From Thermoanaerobaculia bacterium (GTDB lineage: Bacteria; Acidobacteriota; Thermoanaerobaculia; Multivoradales; Multivoraceae): a stretch of DNA of 64,000 nucleotides. The position numbers and the translations under genes are program-made. The DNA lies in NCBI GenBank assembly GCA_963664405.1, contig OY761158.1, positions 5,824,001 through 5,888,000 of the forward strand, given 5' to 3'. Positions 55,649 to 64,000 of this stretch are shown here, one piece after another; the stretch's first letter is position 1, and each line of letters opens with the position of its first letter. The notes beneath the pieces were generated by a model. That model did not search any database, was not told the origin of the DNA, and worked only from the letters and a program-made list of their open reading frames with translations.

Positions 55649-57423
55649 GCGTTGATCGGAGCTTCGCTCCGGGGTCTGGCGAATTGGCGCTCGACGAGGC
55701 GGCTGTAGAGGCCGCCGCGGGCCATCAGATGCTCGTGGGTTCCGACTTCGGCGACGGCTCCCTCCTCCAGCACTACCACTCGATCTGCGCCGCGGACCGT
55801 AGAGAGGCGATGCGCGATCACGATCGTCGTGCGGCCCTTCATCAGGCGGTCCAGCGCCTCTTGCACCAGGTGCTCACTCTCGGCGTCGAGCGCCGAGGTT
55901 GCCTCGTCGAGAATCAGGATGCGAGGGTCCTTGAGCACCGCACGAGCAATCGCGATGCGCTGCTTCTGGCCACCAGACAGGCGCACCCCGCGCTCGCCGA
56001 CCAGAGTCTCATAGGCCTCAGGGAAGTCCGCGATGAACCCGTCCGCGTTTGCAAGGGCGGCTGCGCTGTGAACTTCGCCGTCTTCGGCGCTAGGGCGGCC
56101 GTAGCGAATGTTGTCGGCAATGGAGCCAGCGAAGAGAACGGGCTCTTGCATGACTGCGCCGATTTTTCCCCGGAGGGATTGCGGCGCCAGATCGCGCAGA
56201 TCTCGGCCGTCGAGAGTGATCCTGCCTGCGCCGGGATCGTAGAAGCGCGGAATGAGAGTTGCCACGGTGGACTTTCCTCCCCCAGAGGGCCCGACCAGGG
56301 CTACGACCTCGCCTGGACTGAGCTGGAGGTCGAAGGAGCGAAGCACGGGAACGTCCGGCCGGGAGGGGTAGGCGAAGTCGACCTTCTCGAAGCGTAGGGC
56401 TCCCTTGGTCTCGCCCAGTGGCTCCCCGCCTCGACTCTCGAGCTTGCCGCTCTGGTCGAGGAGCTCGAAGATGCGCTGCGAGGCCCCCACTGCGCGCATG
56501 AAGTCGCCATACAGACTCGCGAGCGATCCCAGCGAAACGGCCACGATGCCGGTGTAGAGGAGGAAAGCCGTGAGCTGGCCGATCGACAGCTGGTCGATCG
56601 TGACCAGGCGCCCGCCGTACCAGACCACCAGGGCCACGGCGCCGTAGCCGACAAAGCCCATGACTCCGCTGAAGCCCCCTACCGCGAGAGCGCGCTTGGA
56701 AGCGAGCTGGAAGGAGTGATCGATCGCGGCATCGTAGCGACCCTCTTCATGCCCCTCTCGCGCGAAAGATCGAACGGTGCGGATACCTGAAATGGCCTCT
56801 TCGGCCACCACTGTAGAAGCGGCCAGCGCATCCTGCACTTTCATCGATAGGCGACGGATCATCCGGCCATAGAGCACCGCGGCAGTGACTCCAATCGGCA
56901 CGATCGCCATCGCGATTCCGGTCAGGCGGGGGCTCATCCATAACAGAAGGCCGATCCCCCCGACGGCGCCGAGGATGTGACGCAGGGACATCGATACGTT
57001 GAGGGTCACGGTGTTTTGCAGAACTGTGGTGTCAGCGGTCAGGCGATTGGTGAGCTCGCCGGTGCGCCGGTGGTCGAAGAACTCGATGTCCTGGCCCAGG
57101 ATGGCGCCGAAGAGCCGGGTGCGAAGGTTGGCTACGATGCTCTCGCCTGCGACCGTGAATAGCCATGCTCGAAGCATCGCGAAGGTCGCCTGGACGGCAA
57201 AAAGAACGACCAGCAGAACCGCTCCTGTGTCGAAGGAGAAGGGTGCCTCGCCGCCGGTGAGCGAGTCGACCATGAATCGAATCGCCTGGGGATAGATGAG
57301 AGTCATTCCCGAGCTGACGAGCAGCGCGAAGGTGGCAAGCGAGAGCCGCGGAAGCTCCGGGCGAGCCAGGGCCAGAATACGCCCAATCTGTGGCCGGGTC
57401 TTGCTCTGTGCCTCTTCCGTCAT
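55645..57423 (-). CDS. ABC exporter, fused permease/ATPase (MsbA/ABCB-like)
   Basis: GPSGGGKST, LSGGQKQR, LILDEATSALD, IAHRLST; N-terminal TM domain. Confidence 0.93.
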   Translation of the reverse strand: MTEEAQSKTRPQIGRILALARPELPRLSLATFALLVSSGMTLIYPQAIRFMVDSLTGGEAPFSFDTGAVLLVVLFAVQATFAMLRAWLFTVAGESIVANLRTRLFGAILGQDIEFFDHRRTGELTNRLTADTTVLQNTVTLNVSMSLRHILGAVGGIGLLLWMSPRLTGIAMAIVPIGVTAAVLYGRMIRRLSMKVQDALAASTVVAEEAISGIRTVRSFAREGHEEGRYDAAIDHSFQLASKRALAVGGFSGVMGFVGYGAVALVVWYGGRLVTIDQLSIGQLTAFLLYTGIVAVSLGSLASLYGDFMRAVGASQRIFELLDQSGKLESRGGEPLGETKGALRFEKVDFAYPSRPDVPVLRSFDLQLSPGEVVALVGPSGGGKSTVATLIPRFYDPGAGRITLDGRDLRDLAPQSLRGKIGAVMQEPVLFAGSIADNIRYGRPSAEDGEVHSAAALANADGFIADFPEAYETLVGERGVRLSGGQKQRIAIARAVLKDPRILILDEATSALDAESEHLVQEALDRLMKGRTTIVIAHRLSTVRGADRVVVLEEGAVAEVGTHEHLMARGGLYSRLVERQFARPRSEAPINA

Positions 57424-57436
57424 CGGCCTGACTCCT

Positions 57437-58108
57437 CTACCTCGAGGCGAGGAAGATGGTGTGGCGGTGACCCTTGCGCCCGTTGGAACGCGCGGTTTCG
57501 GCTCTTACTTTGAAGCCGCTGTTGGAGAGGCGCTGGACGAACGCCGGGTCCGGGCTGGACGACCATACTGCCAAGACTCCACTGGCGGTGAGCATGCCGC
57601 CGCGAATGCGAGTGAGGGCCTCGTGAGAGTAGAGGCGTTCGTTGGACTTCAGGCACAGGGCTTGAGGACCGTTGTCCACGTCGAGGAGGATCGCGTCATA
57701 GGGGCGACGCCCGGGCTCCTCGAAGAGAGGCCAAGAGACGTCGCGCTCCACGAAGCGAACCCGTGGGTCCTCCATCGCCCCGCCCTGGAGATCGGCGAGG
57801 TAGCTTCGGTTCCAGGCGATAACACTGGAGGAGATCTCGGCGACGACGACCTCCGCCTGGGGCGGAAGCAGGTCGAGCGCCTTGCGCAGCGTGTAGCCAA
57901 AGCCGAGGCCTCCGATGAGAAGACGCGGCCGTAGGCCGGCGACTCGGCTGCACCCGAGCGCTGCGAGCGCCGACTCCGAGCCGGTGGCTCGAGTCGACAT
58001 CAGCTGCTCGCCGTCGAGCTGAATAAAGTAGTCGCCGTCTCGGCGCAGCAGGCGAAGCCGACCCCCGTCGGCAGTCGCGGCGGTTTCAAGCACTTCTAGC
58101 GGACGCAT
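57437..58108 (-). CDS. Spermidine synthase-like SAM-dependent methyltransferase-fold protein
   Basis: LIGGLGFGYTL, YDAILLDVDNGP, GVLAVWS. Confidence 0.85.
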   Translation of the reverse strand: MRPLEVLETAATADGGRLRLLRRDGDYFIQLDGEQLMSTRATGSESALAALGCSRVAGLRPRLLIGGLGFGYTLRKALDLLPPQAEVVVAEISSSVIAWNRSYLADLQGGAMEDPRVRFVERDVSWPLFEEPGRRPYDAILLDVDNGPQALCLKSNERLYSHEALTRIRGGMLTASGVLAVWSSSPDPAFVQRLSNSGFKVRAETARSNGRKGHRHTIFLASR

Positions 58109-58165
58109 GTCGCGCTCCGTTCAAAGGACCCGCTGCCGTCGGGGGCTCGGCTCTCGCGATGCCTG

Positions 58166-58447
58166 TTACCAGCGAGGACGGCGGTCGCCGCCGCCGCCGC
58201 CGCGGTTGTCGTTGCGCGGACGAGCCTCGTTGACGGTCAGAGTCCGTCCACCCATCTCGGTCTGGTTGAGGGCGTTGATGGCCGCATCGGCGCCTTCCAT
58301 TTCGACAAAACCGAAGCCACGGGGGCGACCGGTCTCGCGATCGGTGATTAGGTTGACAGAGCTGACCTCGCCGTGCTCTGCGAAAATACCGCGGAGCTCA
58401 TCTTCTGTAGTGCTGAATGGCAGGTTGCCAACGTAGATTCTCTTCAT
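58166..58447 (-). CDS. RRM RNA-binding protein
   Basis: RNP2 IYVGNLPF, RNP1 RGFGFVEM, Gly-rich tail. Confidence 0.95.
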   Translation of the reverse strand: MKRIYVGNLPFSTTEDELRGIFAEHGEVSSVNLITDRETGRPRGFGFVEMEGADAAINALNQTEMGGRTLTVNEARPRNDNRGGGGGDRRPRW

Positions 58448-58782
58448 GATTCACTGTCCTCGTACTGGTGCCGGGTTTCCCAAGGGGTTTCGGCGGGATT
58501 TCTTTCGCCCGATCATTATGAGCGGATACGACTAGGTTCGCGCCTTCAGACGGCGCGGGGGAATCGGCTAGATCTCGGAAAAGCTGATCGAAGGAAAAAA
58601 AGGCTTCGGTAGGCTTAGGAGGGAGACTGGCTAACAACACCCAGCGTGGCAATCGAACCAGCGTTTATCATAGCACGTCTTCGATTCGAAGTAGGGAATC
58701 CGGGCAATCGCGGTAATAATAGCGTCTGGTCGGCTTCCGATATAACCGCTGCTGGATCCTGTGTTGTTTTTGGAGGGCTGCT

Positions 58783-59130
58783 TTGACGAAGGATACGTCT
58801 TCGAAGAGAGCGCCAGAGGAAGGTGTTGGGTCACCGACTCATGCTTCGCATTTGGGACCTGAACCCGAGCGCCGTGGGCTACCGCGCTTCAACTCTCGCG
58901 GGAGAGTCCGGATCGTCGTGCCCGGCGAGCTCAGCGAAAGAACGGGTGAGCTGGTGAATATCTCCGGCTTGGGGGCTCTGATGCATGGCGATCTACTGGC
59001 CGAGGGGACACAACTCACGATCTCCTACGACGGTGAGCCCGGTCTCGTGATCGAGGCCGTTGTAGTGCGCAAGACGCCGGAAGGGGTTGCGGTTCGTTTC
59101 GTCGAGCCCCCGGACGAGGGCAGCGGCTAA
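58783..59130 (+). CDS. PilZ-domain protein
   Basis: ERRGLPRF (RxxxR) and NISGLG (D/NxSxxG); start uncertain. Confidence 0.78.
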   Translation: MTKDTSSKRAPEEGVGSPTHASHLGPEPERRGLPRFNSRGRVRIVVPGELSERTGELVNISGLGALMHGDLLAEGTQLTISYDGEPGLVIEAVVVRKTPEGVAVRFVEPPDEGSG

Positions 59131-59144
59131 CGCGCTGTCGCTCG

Positions 59145-61407
59145 CTACGAAACTCTTGTCCTCGCCTCTTCCTGTCTTTCGGAGAGCCAGCGGTTGACGA
59201 TCGAGAGCAGATCTTCCTGAGTGAAGGGCTTGCTTAGATAGTCGTCCATCCCAGCGGTCAGACAACGCTCGCGGTCACCGGTCATCGCGTTCGCGGTGAG
59301 AGCGATGATCGGTAACCCCGAGGAAGCGCCCGAGGAGCTCGAGGCAGTCAGACTCTCCTGCGCGCGAATGGCGCGTGTGGCCTCGAATCCGTCCATCGCC
59401 GGCATTTGACAGTCCATCAGAATGAGGTCGTAGCGCGTGCTCGCGACGGCGTGAACCGCTTCCATGCCGGTCGCCGCCAGGTCCACATCCCAGCCTGTCC
59501 TTCCGAGCATGTGAACAACGAGCTGCTGGTTGACAGCATTGTCCTCGGCGACCAGGATCCTCGCTGGGACGAAGTACTCCTCGCCGGTCTCTGTTGGCGG
59601 GGACGTCGAGAGAGGAGGCTGCTCCGTTGCCACGCACTCTCCCAACGCGAGCAGGAGGCGGCTGCGTCGAATCGGACGGTGGAGGATGGCCTCGACCCCA
59701 GCGTCGCGGTACGCGGCCGGCTCCTTCAGGTCGTCGACCGCCGTCACGGCAACGAAGAGTGGCTCAGGTGGCGGTGCCACCCGACGCAGGCTCTCGACCA
59801 AGGAGGGTCCCCTCTCCTTCGCCGCGAATGTTGATGACGACTGCGGCGAATCGCCTTTCAGGATCGACCCACAAGGCTTTGTTCGACGCACCCGCTATAT
59901 CGACATCTTCGGACTCGAATCCCGCCGCGGCGAGGTGGCCCTTTAGGATGCGACGACTGATCGGATGGTCGTCAACGACGAGGGCTCGCAGCGCGGAAGG
60001 TCTCTCAGACCTACCTGGAGGTGCCTGAGACTGCAGCGGAAGGCTGACGGGCAGTGTGAACCAGAACTTCGACCCCTTTCCTTGCGTGCTCTCTGCGTTG
60101 ATCTTTCCGCCCATTCGCTTGACCAGGTGTTTGCTTATGGCAAGTCCAAGACCGGTTCCTTCGTGGCTGCGAGTGGTCGAGGCATCGAGTTGGGTGAAGG
60201 GCGAGAAGAGGTCGGTGATCCTCTCCCGTGCTATGCCGATGCCGGTGTCTTCGACTTCGAAGCGGAGGACAGCGGAGCTCTGCTGTTGCTCTAGGGCACT
60301 GACCCTTACGAGGACTACTCCGGATTGGGTGAACTTGACGGCGTTGTGAGTGAGGTTGGTCAAGATCTGGCGGACGCGGGCGGGATCGGTGTTCACCACA
60401 TCCGGCACGTCGTCGTCGATCGCAGCAAGAATCTCCAGCCCTTTGCGCTGTGCGGGGACGGCAACCAGCTCCACCGAGGTCTCCACCAGCTCTCTCAGGT
60501 TGCTTTGCTCTTCCTCGATGGTCAGCTTGCCGGCCTCGATCTTCGAGAAGTCGAGAATGTCGTTGAGAATGTCGAGGAGTCCGCGGGACGAGGCGAACAC
60601 ATGCTCGGAGAGCTCCCGCTGCTCGGCGTCGAGATCGGTCCGAAGAAGGAGCTCGGTCATCCCGATCGTGGCGCTCATGGGAGTACGGATCTCGTGACTG
60701 ATATTCGCCACGAACTCGCTCTTCGCTCGACTTGCCTCTTGGGCAAGGTCGCGGGCGATGGCGAGCTCTTGATTGGCGCTGCCTAGTTCGCGGATGGCTC
60801 TGTTCTGTTGGGCGCGAAAGAGCAGAACGAAGCTGAGGATGACGCCGATCAGACCCGCGAGGGCCGCCGCGTACAGAGTGGTCTGCTGATCGGCTGTCAT
60901 CTCGTGCCGCGGCAAGGCACCGGCGTGCGAGGCGAAGGAGAAAGCTGCCAGCTCAAGGAGAGCACCGACGGTCCAGATCACGCCGCTCCGAGTGCCGGCG
61001 AAGGAGAAAGCCGCGATCGGCGGTACCACGATCCAGGTCAATCCGGGGGAGTAGAGCCCGCCCATTTCGAGACCTTGATGGGTGACGATCACGAACAGGG
61101 TCGCAGCGGCCACATTACCGGCGAGGGCCAGAGACGAGGTCATCCGCAGCAGCAGGGGCGTCGCCACCAGCAGGAGGGTGGCGATCCCATTTGCCATGGC
61201 AAGGTCCGGTAGACCTGCCTGAATGTAGATCCCCACATAGAAAGGCCCCCAGCCGACCGCCGTGGCCATGAGCAGAACCAGCAGGCGTGCCTGGGCGAGG
61301 GCCTCCGGGCCCGTCTGTCGGAGGGATTGCGGAATGAACCAATCGACGAGCGCGAGAAGTGTCTTCGGGCTGGCCTTGCGGCGGTCCGTTGGGTTCTTCA
61401 GCTCAAT
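59145..61407 (-). pseudogene. Membrane hybrid histidine kinase with two receiver domains, frameshifted at a C4 run (59809-59812)
   Basis: [40 protein letters not shown]; receivers LVVDDHP and LVAEDNAVNQ...LMDCQMP. Frame is open 46 codons upstream of ATG 61269. Confidence 0.82.
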
Positions 61408-61435
61408 ACCTGAGTTTACCTCAAGGGCGTTTGAG

Positions 61436-61951
61436 CTAGCTCAGGCCTTCTGCGTCTAGACCTTCAAAGAGCTCCTGCACGGCTTGGGCCGGGACCTCCT
61501 CATCGACCTCGAGGCTCAGAGAGATGCGCCCTTCCGCGACGGCCCCGTCGGCGGCCGAAGCTGAGTGGCGTCGCGGCAGGCGGCACTCCCAGATCACCGC
61601 CAGAGTGGTGGCGAGAACCGCTCCCAGAGCGATCCCTTCGTAGGTGATGATGCCGACCGGCGGAGCTGCCACGATCGGCATATGGCCGGTGATGAGGGGG
61701 TACGCCTTGGCGGTGAGGGTGGCGATCAAGAAGGCCGCAAGACCGCCGAGGGCGCCACCCATGATCCCCATCAGAGGCACTCGTGAGGCGCGGGTCGCGA
61801 CCAGCCCATTGAGCTCTTCGGACAGTGGCGCACTCGAACGAATCTCGAGGATGCGCACCTTGGAGTCCTGCTTCTCGAGCCGCTCGAGAGCGACTCGTAG
61901 TGCGGCCTCATCGTTGAAGACGGTGGTCACGGCTCCCGCGGTCAGGCTCAT
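61436..61951 (-). CDS. actD: Alternative complex III subunit ActD-like (DUF3341)
   Basis: ATG 61951 overlaps the actC stop; two TM helices around YPLITGHMP...PPVGIITYE. Confidence 0.75.
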   Translation of the reverse strand: MSLTAGAVTTVFNDEAALRVALERLEKQDSKVRILEIRSSAPLSEELNGLVATRASRVPLMGIMGGALGGLAAFLIATLTAKAYPLITGHMPIVAAPPVGIITYEGIALGAVLATTLAVIWECRLPRRHSASAADGAVAEGRISLSLEVDEEVPAQAVQELFEGLDAEGLS

Positions 61952-63342
61952 GTCGTGGTTCCCCCCAGCGCCGAGGACGGTACTCCTCGCCGCGCGTTGC
62001 TGTTCTCGGGCTGCGCGTCGCTTCCTCCTCCCGATGGGTGGTGGCGACCCTCGCGGATCTCCCACATCGAGATGATCGGCGCACTCTGGACGAATGCGAA
62101 ATAGAAGAAGATGAAGAGACCCACCGAGCCGATGAGTACAGAGATCTCCACCCAACTCGGCGAGTAGTGCCCGAGGGTATAGGCCAGGCGCGGGGTCTTC
62201 AGCGAAGGCACGATGATCAGGAAGCGCTCGAGCCACATTCCCACCAGTACGCCGCAACCGACGATCGCGGTTGGCAGAGGCTTGCGTCCCCAGCGGAAGG
62301 GAAGCACGAGCATCGGCACGATGAAGTTGAGAACGACCATGGTCCAGAAGAGCACGGCGGCCTCACCGAGGAACCTGTCCCATAGAACTCGGGCCTCGGC
62401 GGTTTCGTTGGCGTACCACACTGTGATGTGCTCGGCGAAAGTGAAGTAGCCCCAGGCCAGGGTCATTACCAGGAAGATGAGACCGAGGTTGTTGAAGACC
62501 TGGTCACTCAGGTAGTCGCCGAGTTTCATTCCGCGGCGCAAGAGCGCCATCGCTACCATCAACACGGCTACACCCGAGTAGATCGCCCCGACCACGAAGT
62601 AGGGGCCGAAGATCGTCGAGGTCCACATCGGCACCGTGGTCATGGCGAAGTCCCATGAAACGATGGTGTGGACCGAGATGGCGAGCGGGATGATGATGAT
62701 CGCCATCGCCTTGATGCCCGCTTCGAGCGAACGCCACTGTTGGGGCGTACCGCGCCAGCCCAGGGCCAGAAGACCGTAGATGTGTCGGCGCCAGCCCTTC
62801 GACTGATCGCGCAGGATGGCCATGTCGGGCATCAGCGGCAGGAAGAGGTAGAGGCAGCTGCCGAGAAGATACGCGGTGATCGCTGCCGCGTCCCACATCA
62901 GCGGCGATCGAAAGTTCGGCCACAGGCCGCGGTGGTTGGGCAGCGGGAACATGTAGTAGACCTTCCAGGCCCGTCCCATGTGCAGAATCGGGAAGATGCC
63001 GCCGACCGACAGAGCAAACACCGTTATCGCTTCGGCACAGCGAGTGACGGGGCGGCGCCACTCGGCTCCAGTGACACGCAGGATTGCGGAGATCAGGGTT
63101 CCGGCGTGGCTGATGCCGATCCAGAAAACGAAAGTGGTGATGTAGACGCCCCAAAAGACCGGGCGGTTGATGCCAGCGACTCCGATGCCGTCACGAAGCT
63201 GGATGCCCCAGGCGTAGAAGAGAAGTAGAGCCAGCGAGCCCGCAAGCGCGGTGCCGACCAAGAGACCGGGTCGGAGGCGGTCGAGGGCCAATCGCCTGAG
63301 CAATCTGGCGTCTTGCTCCGCTGCGGCGCTACGGTCCATCAC
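61948..63342 (-). CDS. actC: Alternative complex III subunit ActC (NrfD/PsrC family)
   Basis: FWIGISHAGTLISAILR, HMGR, NFRSPLMWD, SVHTIVSWDFA, FGPYFVVGAIYSG, GMWLERF. Confidence 0.9.
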   Translation of the reverse strand: MMDRSAAAEQDARLLRRLALDRLRPGLLVGTALAGSLALLLFYAWGIQLRDGIGVAGINRPVFWGVYITTFVFWIGISHAGTLISAILRVTGAEWRRPVTRCAEAITVFALSVGGIFPILHMGRAWKVYYMFPLPNHRGLWPNFRSPLMWDAAAITAYLLGSCLYLFLPLMPDMAILRDQSKGWRRHIYGLLALGWRGTPQQWRSLEAGIKAMAIIIIPLAISVHTIVSWDFAMTTVPMWTSTIFGPYFVVGAIYSGVAVLMVAMALLRRGMKLGDYLSDQVFNNLGLIFLVMTLAWGYFTFAEHITVWYANETAEARVLWDRFLGEAAVLFWTMVVLNFIVPMLVLPFRWGRKPLPTAIVGCGVLVGMWLERFLIIVPSLKTPRLAYTLGHYSPSWVEISVLIGSVGLFIFFYFAFVQSAPIISMWEIREGRHHPSGGGSDAQPENSNARRGVPSSALGGTTT

Positions 63343-64000
63343 TATCTTCTTCCTCGGGCGGCGGTGTCCAATCTCTGCCTTCGAGATAGATGACTCCGGG
63401 TAGCGTGCCGAGATCGCCGAGAAGGTGGCTCGCTCGCGCGCCCTCGGCCAATTTGGAGACCCGACTCTCCGGGTCTTCGAGGTCGCCGAAGTTGAACACC
63501 TCTGCGGCGCAGGCGGACGCGCAGGCGGGTCGAATCTCTCCGTCCCTCAGCTCGCGATCCTCGGCGTCGGCTTGGCGCTGTTTGTCCTGGATCCGCTGCA
63601 CGCAGAAAGTGCACTTTTCCATGATCCCGTCGGTGCGAGGGCTGACGTCCGGATTGAGCTGCTGTTCGAGAGGCTCCGGCCACTCGGGGTCGAACCAGTT
63701 GAAGAAACGCACGGTGTAGGGACAGTTGTTGGCACAGTATCGAGTGCCGACGCAGCGGCTATAGACCATTGCGTTGAGGCCCTCGTCGGTATGGTAGGTC
63801 GCGTAGACCGGGCAGACAGGCTCGCATGGCGCCTCGCCGCACTGCTGACACATCACTGGGCGGAAGCGCACTTTGGCGTGTGGAAAGTGTCCTTCCACAT
63901 AGCGCTCGATCCGCAGCCAGTGCATGGCCCGCCCCTTCTTCGCCTCCTCCTCGCCCACCGTCTGGATGTTGTTCTCCTCGTGGCAGGCCACGACGCAGGC
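63329..64000 (-). CDS. actB: 4Fe-4S subunit ActB (C-terminal Fe-S domain; runs off the right edge)
   Basis: ACHEENN, MHWLRIERY, CQQCGEAPCEPVCP, RCVGTRYCANNCPY, GIMEKCTFCVQRI. Confidence 0.88.
   Translation of the reverse strand, partial: ACVVACHEENNIQTVGEEEAKKGRAMHWLRIERYVEGHFPHAKVRFRPVMCQQCGEAPCEPVCPVYATYHTDEGLNAMVYSRCVGTRYCANNCPYTVRFFNWFDPEWPEPLEQQLNPDVSPRTDGIMEKCTFCVQRIQDKQRQADAEDRELRDGEIRPACASACAAEVFNFGDLEDPESRVSKLAEGARASHLLGDLGTLPGVIYLEGRDWTPPPEEEDSDGP

Noticed and set aside
55645-57423. ABC exporter as the transporter for the peptide
   Set aside because: 26 kb away, no C39 peptidase domain, housekeeping context.
1-64000. tRNA or rRNA genes
   Set aside because: None recognised by eye in the short intergenic regions; a tRNAscan-SE/Infernal run would be needed to exclude them.

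Overview
High-GC bacterial DNA; the gene content suggests Acidobacteriota (inference). It is dominated by exported catabolic enzymes: 5 PQQ-type beta-propeller dehydrogenases, 4 sulfatases plus a phosphodiesterase, 3 DUF3604/PHP metallohydrolases, and 3 paralogs of an uncharacterised secreted YACHxGN family. It also holds a kinase-NTPase-TPR protein, SDRs, a YgiQ radical SAM, a Y1/HUH (RAYT-like) transposase, a hybrid histidine kinase and the 3' end of an alternative complex III operon. Two things are missed by the ORF track. (1) A candidate RiPP-like locus at 22302-29403: an unlisted 55-aa peptide gene (23464-23631, minus; Tat-like leader plus short Ser-rich tail) lies in an operon with a PqqD/RRE protein, an HprK-like kinase, a SunS-like GT2-TPR and a GT4, back to back with a DXD glycosyltransferase and a GT4-nucleotidyltransferase fusion; no lasso cyclase, radical SAM or leader protease is present. 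(2) A deiodinase-like selenoprotein (46603-47277, minus; FGSYT-U-PPF with a SECIS-like hairpin). Other oddities are a duplicated promoter/signal-peptide cassette fused to two unrelated enzymes, REP-like hairpins (one in frame inside a gene), simple repeats, and several 1-2 bp frameshifts that may be assembly errors. All calls come from reading motifs by eye; no database searches were run.
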